Below are positions 13,101 to 24,235 of a stretch of 49,556 nt of DNA, in pieces (within the stretch, counting starts at the first letter, position 1; each line of letters starts with the position of its first letter). This DNA comes from Nemertoderma westbladi (taxonomy: Eukaryota; Animalia; Xenacoelomorpha): contig JAUCBJ010005925.1 of the NCBI GenBank assembly GCA_032718475.1, positions 1 through 49,556 of the forward strand. The letters are read 5' to 3'. A program made the translations under genes and the position numbers. The notes beneath the pieces are model-generated. The model was not told where the DNA came from. It worked only from the letters and a program-made list of their open reading frames with translations, and searched no databases.

Positions 13101-16100
13101 GGAACGGAGTTAGGGAAGCTGGTAAGTAAAGGAACGGAGTTAGGGAAGCTGGTGAGTAAAGGAACGGAGTTAGGGAAGCTGGTAAGTAAAGGAACGGAGT
13201 TAGGGAAGCTGGTAAGTAAAGGAACGGAGTTAGGGAAGCTGGTGAGTAAAGGAACGGAGTTAGAGAAGCTGGTGAGTAAAGGAACGGAGTTAGGGAAGCT
13301 GGTAAGTAAAGGAACGGAGTTAGGGAAGCTGGTACGTAAAGGAACGGAGTTAGGGAAGCTGGTGAGTGAAGGAACGGAGTTAGGGAAGCTGGTGAGTGAA
13401 GGAACGGAGTTAGGGAAGCTGGTGAGTAAAGGAACGGAGTTAGGGAAGCTGGTGAGTAAAGGAACGGAGTTAGGGTAGCTGGTGAATAAAGGAACGGAGT
13501 TAGGGAAGCTGGTAAGTAAAGGAACGGAGTTAGGGAAGCTGGTGAGTAAAGGAACGGAGTTAGGGAAGCTGGTGAGTAAAGGAACGGAGTTAGGGAAGCT
13601 GGTGAGTAAAGGAACGGAGTTAGGGAAGCTGGTAAGTAAAGGAACGGAGTTAGGGAAGCTGGTGAGTAAAGGAACGGAGTTAGGGAAGCTGGTAAGTAAA
13701 GGAACGGAGTTAGGGAAGCTGGTAAGTAAAGGAACGGAGTTAGGGAAGCTGGTGAGTAAAGGAACGGAGTTAGAGAAGCTGGTGAGTAAAGGAACGGAGT
13801 TAGGGAAGCTGGTAAGTAAAGGAACGGAGTTAGGGAAGCTGGTACGTAAAGGAACGGAGTTAGGGAAGCTGGTGAGTGAAGGAACGGAGTTAGGGAAGCT
13901 GGTGAGTGAAGGAACGGAGTTAGGGAAGCTGGTGAGTAAAGGAACGGAGTTAGGGAAGCTGGTAAGTAAAGGAACGGAGTTAGGGAAGCTGGAGAGTAAA
14001 GGAACGGAGTTAGGGAAGCTGGTGAGTAAAGGAACGGAGTTAGGGAAGGTGGTGAGTAAAGGAACGGACTTAGGGAAGCTGGTGAGTAAAGGAACGGAGT
14101 TAGGGAAGCTGGTGAGTAAAGGAACGGAGTTAGGGAAGCTGGTAAGTAAAGGAACGGAGTTAGGGAAGCTGGTGAGTAAAGGAACGGAGTTAGGGAAGGT
14201 GGTGAGTAAAGGAACGGAGTTAGGGAAGCTGGTGAGTAAAGGAACGGAGTTAGGGAAGCTGGTGAGTAAAGGAACGGAGTTAGGGAAGCTGGTAGGTAAA
14301 GCAACGGAGTTAGGGAAGCTGGTAGGTAAAGGAACGGAGTTAGGGAAGCTGGTGAGTAAAGGAACGGAGTTAGGGAAGCTGGTGAGTAAAGGAACGGAGT
14401 TAGGGAAGCTGGTAAGTAAAGGAACGGAGTTAGGGAAGCTGGAGAGTAAAGGAACGGAGTTAGGGAAGCTGGTGAGTAAAGGAACGGAGTTAGGGAAGGT
14501 GGTGAGTAAAGGAACGGACTTAGGGAAGCTGGTGAGTAAAGGAACGGAGTTAGGGAAGCTGGTGAGTAAAGGAACGGAGTTAGGGAAGCTGGTGAGTAAA
14601 GGAACGGAGTTAGGGAAGCTGGTAGGTAAAGCAACGGAGATAGGGAAGCTGGTGAGTAAAGGAACGGAGTTAGGGAAGCTGATGAGTAAAGGAACGGAGT
14701 TAGGGAAGCTGGTAGGTAAAGCAACGGAGTTAGGGAAGCTGGTAAGTAAAGGAACGGAGTTAGGGAAGCTGGTGAGTAAAGGAACGGAGTTAGGGAAGCT
14801 GGTAGGTAAAGGAACGGAGTTAGGGAAGCTGGTGAGTAAAGGAACGGAGTTAGGGAAGCTGGTGAGTAAAGGAACGGAGTTAGGGAAGCTGGTAAGTAAA
14901 GGAACGGAGTTAGGGAAGCTGGTGAGTAAAGGAACGGAGTTAGGGAAGCTGGTAAGTAAAGGAATGGAGTTAGGGAAGCTGGTGAGTAAAGGAACGGAGT
15001 TAGGGAAGCTGGTGAGTAAAGGAACGGAGTTAGGGAAGCTGGTGAGTAAAGGGACGGAGTTAGGGAAGCTGGTGAGTAAAGGAACGGAGTTAGGGAAGCT
15101 GGTGAGTAAAGGAACGGAGTTAGGGAAGCTGGTAGGTAAAGGAACGGAGTTAGGGAAGCTGGTGAGTAAAGGAACGGAGTTAGGGAAGCTGGTGAGTAAA
15201 GGAACGGAGTTAGGGAAGCTGGTAAGTAAAGGAACGGAGTTAGGGAAGCTGGTGAGTAAAGGAACGGAGTTAGGGAAGCTGGTAAGTAAAGGAATGGAGT
15301 TAGGGAAGCTGGTGAGTAAAGGAACGGAGTTAGGGAAGCTGGTGAGTAAAGGAACGGAGTTAGGGAAGCTGGTGAGTAAAGGAACGGAGTTAGGGAAGCT
15401 GGTGAGTAAAGGAACGGAGTTAGGGAAGCTGGTGAGTGAAGAAACGGAGTTAGGGAAGCTGGTAAGTAAAGGAACGGAGTTAGGGAAGCTGGTGAGTGAA
15501 GAAACGGAGTTAGGGAAGCTGGTGAGTAAAGGAACGGAGTTAGGGAAGCTGGTGAGTAAAGGAATGGAGTTAGGGAAGCTGGTGAGTAAAGGAACGGAGT
15601 TAGGGAAGCTGGTGAGTAAAGGAACGGAGTTAGGGAAGCTGGTAAGTAAAGGAACGGAGTTAGGGAAGCTGGTGAGTGAAGGAACGGAGTTAGGGAAGCT
15701 GGTGAGTAAAGGAACGGAGTTAGGGAAGCTGGTGAGTAAAGGAACGAAGTTAGGGAAGCTGGTAGGTAAAGGAACGGAGTTAGGGAAGCTGGTAAGTAAA
15801 GGAACGGAGTTAGGGAAGCTGGTGAGTAAAGGAACGGAGTTAGGGAAGCTGGTAAGTAAAGGAACGGAGTTAGGGAAGCTGGTGAGTAAAGGAACGGAGT
15901 TAGGGAAGCTGGTAGGTAAAGCAACGGAGATAGGGAAGCTGGTGAGTAAAGGAACGGAGTTAGGGAAGCTGATGAGTAAAGGAACGGAGTTAGGGAAGCT
16001 GGTAGGTAAAGCAACGGAGTTAGGGAAGCTGGTAAGTAAAGGAACGGAGTTAGGGAAGCTGGTGAGTAAAGGAACGGAGTTAGGGAAGCTGGTAGGTAAA

Positions 16101-19100
16101 GGAACGGAGTTAGGGAAGCTGGTGAGTAAAGGAACGGAGTTAGGGAAGCTGGTGAGTAAAGGAACGGAGTTAGGGAAGCTGGTAAGTAAAGGAACGGAGT
16201 TAGGGAAGCTGGTGAGTAAAGGAACGGAGTTAGGGAAGCTGGTGAGTAAAGGAACGGAGTTAGGGAAGGTGGTGAGTAAAGGAACGGAGTTAGGGAAGCT
16301 GGTAAGTAAAGGAACGGAGTTAGGGAAGCTGGTGAGTAAAGGAACGGAGTTAGGGAAGCTGGTGAGTAAAGGAACGGAGTTAGGGAAGCTGGTGAGTGAA
16401 GAAACGGAGTTAGGGAAGCTGGTAAGTAAAGGAACGGAGTTAGGGAAGCTGGTGAGTGAAGAAACGGAGTTAGGGAAGCTGGTGAGTAAAGGAACGGAGT
16501 TAGGGAAGCTGGTGAGTAAAGGAATGGAGTTAGGGAAGCTGGTGAGTAAAGGAACGGAGTTAGGGAAGCTGGTGAGTAAAGGAACGGAGTTAGGGAAGCT
16601 GGTAAGTAAAGGAACGGAGTTAGGGAAGCTGGTGAGTGAAGGAACGGAGTTAGGGAAGCTGGTGAGTAAAGGAACGGAGTTAGGGAAGCTGGTGAGTAAA
16701 GGAACGAAGTTAGGGAAGCTGGTAGGTAAAGGAACGGAGTTAGGGAAGCTGGTAAGTAGAGGAACGGAGTTAGGGAAGCTGGTGAGTAAAGGAACGGAGT
16801 TAGGGAAGCTGGTAAGTAAAGGAACGGAGTTAGGGAAGCTGGTAAGTAAAGGAACGGAGTTAGGGAAGCTGGTGAGTAAAGGAACGGAGTTAGAGAAGCT
16901 GGTGAGTAAAGGAACGGAGTTAGGGAAGCTGGTAAGTAAAGGAACGGAGTTAGGGAAGCTGGTACGTAAAGGAACGGAGTTAGGGAAGCTGGTGAGTGAA
17001 GGAACGGAGTTAGGGAAGCTGGTGAGTGAAGGAACGGAGTTAGGGAAGCTGGTGAGTAAAGGAACGGAGTTAGGGAAGCTGGTGAGTAAAGGAACGGAGT
17101 TAGGGTAGCTGGTGAATAAAGGAACGGAGTTAGGGAAGCTGGTAAGTAAAGGAACGGAGTTAGGGAAGCTGGTGAGTAAAGGAACGGAGTTAGGGAAGTT
17201 GGTGAGTAAAGGAACGGAGTTAGGGAAGCTGGTGAGTAAAGGAACGGAGTTAGGGAAGCTGGTAAGTAAAGGAACGGAGTTAGGGAAGCTGGTGAGTAAA
17301 GGAACGGAGTTAGGGAAGCTGGTAAGTAAAGGAACGGAGTTAGGGAAGCTGGTAAGTAAAGGAACGGAGTTAGGGAAGCTGGTGAGTAAAGGAACGGAGT
17401 TAGAGAAGCTGGTGAGTAAAGGAACGGAGTTAGGGAAGCTGGTAAGTAAAGGAACGGAGTTAGGGAAGCTGTTACGTAAAGGAACGGAGTTAGGGAAGCT
17501 GGTGAGTGAAGGAACGGAGTTAGGGAAGCTGGTGAGTGAAGGAACGGAGTTAGGGAAGCTGGTGAGTAAAGGAACGGAGTTAGGGAAGCTGGTGAGTAAA
17601 GGAACGGAGTTAGGGTAGCTGGTGAATAAAGGAACGGAGTTAGGGAAGCTGGTAAGTAAAGGAACGGAGTTAGGGAAGCTGGTGAGTAAAGGAACGGAGT
17701 TAGGGAAGCTGGTGAGTAAAGGAACGGAGTGAGGGAAGCTGGTGAGTAATGGGAGGAAGTTAGGGAATCTGGTGAGTGAAGGAACGGAGTTAGGGATGCT
17801 GGTGAGTAAAGGAACGGAGTTAGGGAAGCTGGTGAGTAAAGGAACGGAGTTAGGGAATCTGGTGAGTGAAGGAACGGAGTTAAGGAAGCTGGTAAGTAAA
17901 GGAACGGAGTTAGGGAAGCTGGTGAGTGAAGGAACGGAGTTAGGGAAGCTGGTGAGTAAAGGAACGGAGTTAGGGAAGCTGGTGAGTAAAGGAACGGAGT
18001 TAGGGAAGGTGGTGAGTAAAGGAACGGAGTTAGGGAAGCTGGTGAGTAAAGGAACGGAGTTAGGGAAGCTGGAGAGTAAAGGAACGGAGTTAGGGAAGCT
18101 GGTGAGTAAAGGAACGGAGTTAGGGAAGGTGGTGAGTAAAGGAACGGAGTTAGGGAAGCTGGTAAGTAAAGGAACGGAGTTAGGGAAGCTGGTGAGTAAA
18201 GGAACGGAGTTAGGGAAGCTGGAGAGTAAAGGAACGGAGTTAGGGAAGCTGGTAAGTAAAGGAACGGAGTTAGGGAAGGTGGTGAGTAAAGGAACGGAGT
18301 TAGGGAAGCTGGTGAGTAAAGGAACGGAGTTAGGGAAGGTGGTGAGTAAAGGAACGGAGTTAGGGAAGCTGGTGAGTAAAGGAACGGAGTTAGGGAAGCT
18401 GGAGAGTAAAGGAACGGAGTTAGGGAAGCTGGTGAGTAAAGGAACGGAGTTAGGGAAGGTGGTGAGTAAAGGAACGGAGTTAGGGAAGCTGGTAAGTAAA
18501 GGAACGGAGTTAGGGAAGGTGGTGAGTAAAGGAACGGAGTTAGGGAAGCTGGTGAGTAAAGGAACGGAGTTAGGGAAGGTGGTGAGTAAAGGAACGGAGT
18601 TAGGGAAGCTGGTGAGTAAAGGAACGGAGTTAGGGAAGGTGGTGAGTAAAGGAACGGAGTTAGGGAAGCTGGTGAGTAAAGGAACGGAGTTAGGGAAGCT
18701 GGTGAGTAAAGGAACGGAGTTAGGGAAGCTGGTAGGTAAAGCAACGGAGTTAGGGAAGCTGGTAGGTAAAGGAACGGAGTTAGGGAAGCTGGTGAGTAAA
18801 GGAACGGAGTTAGGGAAGCTGGTGAGTAAAGGAACGGAGTTAGGGAAGCTGGTAAGTAAAGGAACGGAGTTAGGGAAGCTGGAGAGTAAAGGAACGGAGT
18901 TAGGGAAGCTGGTGAGTAAAGGAACGGAGTTAGGGAAGGTGGTGAGTAAAGGAACGGACTTAGGGAAGCTGGTGAGTAAAGGAACGGAGTTAGGGAAGCT
19001 GGTGAGTAAAGGAACGGAGTTAGGGAAGCTGGTGAGTAAAGGAACGGAGTTAGGGAAGCTGGTAGGTAAAGCAACGGAGATAGGGAAGCTGGTGAGTAAA

Positions 19101-22074
19101 GGAACGGAGTTAGGGAAGCTGATGAGTAAAGGAACGGAGTTAGGGAAGCTGGTAGGTAAAGCAACGGAGTTAGGGAAGCTGGTAAGTAAAGGAACGGAGT
19201 TAGGGAAGCTGGTGAGTAAAGGAACGGAGTTAGGGAAGCTGGTAGGTAAAGGAACGGAGTTAGGGAAGCTGGTGAGTAAAGGAACGGAGTTAGGGAAGCT
19301 GGTGAGTAAAGGAACGGAGTTAGGGAAGCTGGTAAGTAAAGGAACGGAGTTAGGGAAGCTGGTGAGTAAAGGAACGGAGTTAGGGAAGCTGGTAAGTAAA
19401 GGAATGGAGTTAGGGAAGCTGGTGAGTAAAGGAACGGAGTTAGGGAAGCTGGTGAGTAAAGGAACGGAGTTAGGGAAGCTGGTGAGTAAAGGGACGGAGT
19501 TAGGGAAGCTGGTGAGTAAAGGAACGGAGTTAGGGAAGCTGGTGAGTAAAGGAACGGAGTTAGGGAAGCTGGTAAGTAAAGGAACGTAGTTAGGGAAGCT
19601 GGTAAGTAAAGGAACGGAGTTAGGGAAGCTGGTGAGTAAAGGAACGGAGTTAGGGAAGCTGGTAAGTAAAGGAACGGAGTTAGGGAAGGTGGTGAGTAAA
19701 GGAACGGAGTTAGGGAAGCTGGTGAGTAAAGGAACGGAGTTAGGGAAGGTGGTGAGTGAAGGAACGGAGTTAGGGAAGCTGGTGAGTAAAGGAACGGAGT
19801 TAGGGAAGCTGGTGAGTAAAGGAACGGAGTTAGGGAAGCTGGTGAGTAAAGGAACGGAGTTAGGGAAGCTGGTGAGTAAAGGAACGGAGTTAGGGAAGGT
19901 GGTGAGTAAAGGAACGGAGTTAGGGAAGCTGGTGAGTAAAGGAACGGAGTTAGGGAAGCTGGTGAGTAAAGGAACGGAGTTAGGGAAGCTGGTAAGTAAA
20001 GGAACGGAGTTAGGGAAGCTGGTGAGTAAAGGAACGGAGTTAGGGAAGCTGGTGAGTAAAGGAACGGAGTTAGGGAAGCGGTGAGTAAAGGAACGGAGTT
20101 AGGGAAGGTGGTGAGTAAAGGAACGGAGTTAGGGAAGCTGGTAAGTAAAGGAACGGAGTTAGGGAAGGTGGTGAGTAAAGGAACGGAGTTAGGGAAGCTG
20201 GTGAGTAAAGGAACGGAGTTAGGGAAGCTGGTGAGTAAAGGAACGGAGTTAGGGAAGCTGGTGAGTAAAGGAACGGAGTTAGGGAAGCTGGTGAGTAAAG
20301 GAACGGAGTTAGGGAAGCTGGTGAGTAAAGGAACGGAGTTAGGGAAGCTGGTGAGTAAAGGAACGGAGTTAGGGAAGCTGGTGAGTAAAGGAACGGAGTT
20401 AGGGAAGGTGGTGAGTAAAGGAACGGAGTTAGGGAAGCTGGTAAGTAAAGGAACGGAGTTAGGGAAGCTGGTGAGTAAAGGAACGGAGTTAGGGAAGCTG
20501 GTGAGTAAAGGAACGGAGTTAGGGAAGCTGGTGAGTGAAGAAACGGAGTTAGGGAAGCTGGTAAGGAAAGGAACGGAGTTAGGGAAGCTGGTGAGTGAAG
20601 AAACGGAGTTAGGGAAGCTGGTGAGTAAAGGAACGGAGTTAGGGAAGCTGGTGAGTAAAGGAATGGAGTTAGGGAAGCTGGTGAGTAAAGGAACGGAGTT
20701 AGGGAAGCTGGTGAGTAAAGGAACGGAGTTAGGGAAGCTGGTAAGTAAAGGAACGGAGTTAGGGAAGCTGGTGAGTGAAGGAACGGAGTTAGGGAAGCTG
20801 GTGAGTAAAGGAACGGAGTTAGGGAAGCTGGTGAGTAAAGGAACGAAGTTAGGGAAGCTGGTAGGTAAAGGAACGGAGTTAGGGAAGCTGGTAAGTAAAG
20901 GAACGGAGTTAGGGAAGCTGGTGAGTAAAGGAACGGAGTTAGGGAAGCTGGTAAGTAAAGGAACGGAGTTAGGGAAGCTGGTAAGTAAAGGAACGGAGTT
21001 AGGGAAGCTGGTGAGTAAAGGAACGGAGTTAGAGAAGCTGGTGAGTAAAGGAACGGAGTTAGGGAAGCTGGTAAGTAAAGGAACGGAGTTAGGGAAGCTG
21101 GTACGTAAAGGAACGGAGTTAGGGAAGCTGGTGAGTGAAGGAACGGAGTTAGGGAAGCTGGTGAGTGAAGGAACGGAGTTAGGGAAGCTGGTGAGTAAAG
21201 GAACGGAGTTAGGGAAGCTGGTGAGTAAAGGAACGGAGTTAGGGTAGCTGGTGAATAAAGGAACGGAGTTAGGGAAGCTGGTAAGTAAAGGAACGGAGTT
21301 AGGGAAGCTGGTGAGTAAAGGAACGGAGTTAGGGAAGCTGGTGAGTAAAGGAACGGAGTTAGGGAAGCTGGTGAGTAATGGGAGGAAGTTAGGGAATCTG
21401 GTGAGTGAAGGAACGGAGTTAGGGATGCTGGTGAGTAAAGGAACGGAGTTAGGGAAGCTGGTGAGTAAAGGAACGGAGTTAGGGAATCTGGTGAGTGAAG
21501 GAACGGAGTTAGGGAAGCTGGTAAGTAAAGGAACGGAGTTAGGGAAGCTGGTGAGTGAAGGAACGGAGTTAGGGAAGCTGGTGAGTAAAGGAACGGAGTT
21601 AGGGAAGCTGGTGAGTAAAGGAACGGAGTTAGGGTAGCTGGTGAATAAAGGAACGGAGTTAGGGAAGCTGGTAAGTAAAGGAACGGAGTTAGGGAAGCTG
21701 GTGAGTAAAGGAACGGAGTTAGGGAAGCTGGTGAGTAAAGGAACGGAGTTAGGGAAGCTGGTGGGTAAAGGAACGGAGTTAGGGAAGCTGATGAGTAAAG
21801 GAACGGAGTTAGGGAAGCTGGTGGGTAAAGGAACGGAGTTAGGGAAGCTGGTGGGTAAAGGAACGGAGTTAGGGAAGCTGGTGAGTAATGGGAGGAAGTT
21901 AGGGAATCTGGTGAGTGAAGGAACGGAGTTAGGGATGCTGGTGAGTAAAGGAACGGAGTTAGGGAAGCTGGTAAGTAAAGGAACGGAGTTAGGGAAGGTG
22001 GTGAGTAAAGGAACGGAGTTAGGGAAGCTGGTAAGTAAAGGAACGGAGTTAGGGAAGCTGGTAGGTAAAGGAAC
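1100..22074. repeat. 21-kb satellite, ~700 copies of a 30-bp unit (GGAACGGAGTTAGGGAAGCTGGTGAGTAAA)
   Basis: Uninterrupted 30-bp periodicity. Only three register shifts (+1 near 2255, -1 near 12311, -1 near 20080). Variation is concentrated in the GGTGAG/GATGAG/GGTGGG/GGTAAG positions. Confidence 0.99.
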
Positions 22075-22264
22075 ACAAAAAATTGAAAATTCAATAGCCT
22101 GAAAATTACGATTAAATAAGGTAGTTTGGGTTTGTATATTTTTTAATATTTTAGTAGAATTATGGAAAGTAATAGAAAACATATTTTATATAATATAAAC
22201 ATATAGTATTACATTATATTACTCATATTACGAATAATTTACGAATAGTTGTCTTCACATCTAG

Positions 22265-22398
22265 GAATAAATCCCGATGAGTTTTTATACAACATGCTGC
22301 ATCCACTGGATAGGAATACCAACATACCAATGGAGGATATCCTACGGGTTTATATCTTACTGACACTGACACAACAGCTGGAAAGTATGGGACCACAG
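22265..22398 (+). CDS. Internal exon of RNF115/RNF126-like RING-H2 E3 ligase
   Basis: Acceptor ttcacatctAG|, donor CAG|GTGAGT. Open frame (G)INPDEFLYNMLHPLDRNTNIPMEDILRVYILLTLTQQLESMGPQ ends in phase 0 and joins APPPLSESDIKRLP. The joined sequence resembles the 'LDAIITQLLNQFENTGPPPA..I..LP' segment of RNF126/115. Confidence 0.7.
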
Positions 22399-23070
22399 GT
22401 GAGTGGAAGGGGTGAGCTTACATAACAGCAGAGTATGGGACTTAGGTCAGTACGCGAGTAGGGAAGGGGTGAGCTTACATAACAGCAGAGTATGGTACTT
22501 AGGTCAGTACGCGAGTAGGGAAGGGGTGAGCTTTAACCAACAGCTGAGGATGAGACCACAGGTGAGTGGAAGGGGTGAGCTTACATAACAGCAGAGTATG
22601 GTACTTAGGTCAGTAGGCGAGTAGGGAAGGGGTGAGCTTTAACCAACAGCTGAGGATGAGACCACAGGTGAGATTATGCGACCACAGATGAGTGGGGAAG
22701 GGGTGGGCTTACAAAACAGCTGAGTATGGGACATAGGTGAGTGGGGAAGGGGTGAGCTTTGATAAACAGCTGAGTATGAGACCACAGGTGGGTGGAGAAG
22801 GGGTGGGCTTACACAACAGCTGAGTATAGGACCACAAGTGAATGGGGAAGGGGTGGGCTTACACAACAGCTGAGTATGGAACCACAGGTTAGTGGGGAAG
22901 GGGTGACTTACACACGAGCTGAGTATGCGACCACAGGTGAGTGGGGAAGGGATGATGAGCTTACATAAATAGCTGAGTATGGGACCACGTGAGATTATGG
23001 GACCACAGGTGAGTGGGGAAGGGCAGGGCTTACATAACAGGGACACGTATGGGACTACAGGGAAGTAGGG
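22368..23070. repeat. Degenerate ~48-57-bp tandem repeat (roughly 14 units) copied from the exon end plus splice donor
   Basis: Units such as CTTACACAACAGCTGAGTATGGGACCACAGGTGAGTGGGGAAGGGGTGGG. The first unit overlaps the 3' end of exon 22265-22398. Confidence 0.9.
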
Positions 23071-23422
23071 GGGGGGGGGGGGGGGGGGGGGGGTTGCACA
23101 ACAGGGAAAATTATAGGTGTAAGTGAGGAAGAGGAGGTACAGTATGTGCTTACAGAGTAAAGTATGAGGCAAGTGGTGTAGGAGTGGACTTAGTCAACAG
23201 GTAAAGAATGGAACCACAGGAAGATAATTGGGGGGCTTACAAAACAGCGAAACTATGGGATCACTGGACCACAACTAGGTGAGGGGATGTGGTTAAACAA
23301 CAGGGGAAGTTTGGGACCACAGATGAACAGGTGGGCGCACCAGCTGGGCGAGGTGTTTGTGGTTGCCGTGAGAAAAAAATACACAACGTATTTAACCCAA
23401 AAATATATTTTACTTTTCGAAG

Positions 23423-23656
23423 GCTCCCCCACCGCTATCCGAGAGCGATATTAAAAGGTTGCCCCGACGACAACCAATAGCAACTCGTAACGAGTCCCAA
23501 TGCAGCGTTTGCTTAACATCCTACGACAAACGGGAATCAGTTATATACCTGCCCTGCGACCACGAATTCCATGAGGCCTGTATAACAACGTGGCTAATGA
23601 AGACAAGCACATGTCCTGTGTGTCGGTTACAGCTGGGTACGACGCCGGTTAACTGA
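23423..23656 (+). CDS. Terminal exon of RING-H2 (C3H2C3) E3 ubiquitin ligase, RNF115/RNF126-like
   Basis: Acceptor ttttacttttcgaAG|. Encodes APPPLSESDIKRLP...CSVC-x14-CDHEFHEAC...W...CPVCR, with stop TGA at 23654-23656. Confidence 0.88.
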   Translation, partial: APPPLSESDIKRLPRRQPIATRNESQCSVCLTSYDKRESVIYLPCDHEFHEACITTWLMKTSTCPVCRLQLGTTPVN

Positions 23657-23721
23657 ACAGGTGGGTACGACGCCGGTTAACTGAACAGCTGGGTACGACG
23701 CCGGTTAACTGAACAGCTGGG
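23629..23721. repeat. 28-bp tandem repeat (~3.3 copies) spanning the RING gene stop codon
   Basis: ACAGCTGGGTACGACGCCGGTTAACTGA x3. The first copy contains the last codons and the TGA. Confidence 0.92.
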
Positions 23722-24164
23722 CACAATTAACACCAATTAACTAAACAATAACTGTTAAAAGACATCGCTCAGTTAACTGATGAGTTACTAGAAAGAACAC
23801 CAGTTACTGTGATGAGTTGTTATAGAACCATTGGAGAGAAGACTACCTATTTTTACAATAATTGGATACCGGTAACCTGTACCTTATAGAACATTACCAG
23901 ATAATTTAATAGGTGCTACATTTTTGTATTTAATTGAAGGTCAGTTTTGTTTATTAACCTTATCTCACTCTTGTCACACAGTCTGGGGGCGGGGGTATGT
24001 TATTTTTCAACGAAATCAACTTCAATATCAACTGTATGTCCTATATACGTGCTAGACCGGGATTACGCACAAAGTCTGACGACTTATTTCCAGTGCGGTC
24101 CCCCCAGAACTTTACTCCCCAGAGGAAACTCCATTACTCATTTAGCTACCACTTAAGGATGCAA

Positions 24165-24235
24165 GGCAGAAAGCATTCGTGCCGAAATGAAAACTTCCCT
24201 GGCCCATGCTAGGATCGAACCCACGACCTACGGGA
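24165..24235 (-). mobile_element. Truncated tRNA-derived SINE fragment
   Basis: Minus strand CCGTAGGTCGTGGGTTCGATCCTAGCATGGGCC contains a pol III B-box (GGTTCGATCC). No A-box or complete cloverleaf. Confidence 0.5.

Noticed and set aside
1100-22074. CRISPR array or true telomere tract
   Set aside because: There are no unique spacers or cas genes, and the context is eukaryotic. TTAGGG occurs once per 30 bp rather than in tandem.
1064-22182. Giant repetitive ORFs (SKGTELGKLV)n, (SLTPFLYSPA)n, (FPNSVPLLTS)n up to 3293 aa as real proteins
   Set aside because: They follow from a 30-bp unit lacking stops in three of six frames. They occur on both strands, are broken by random stops and indels, and variants are not biased to synonymous sites.
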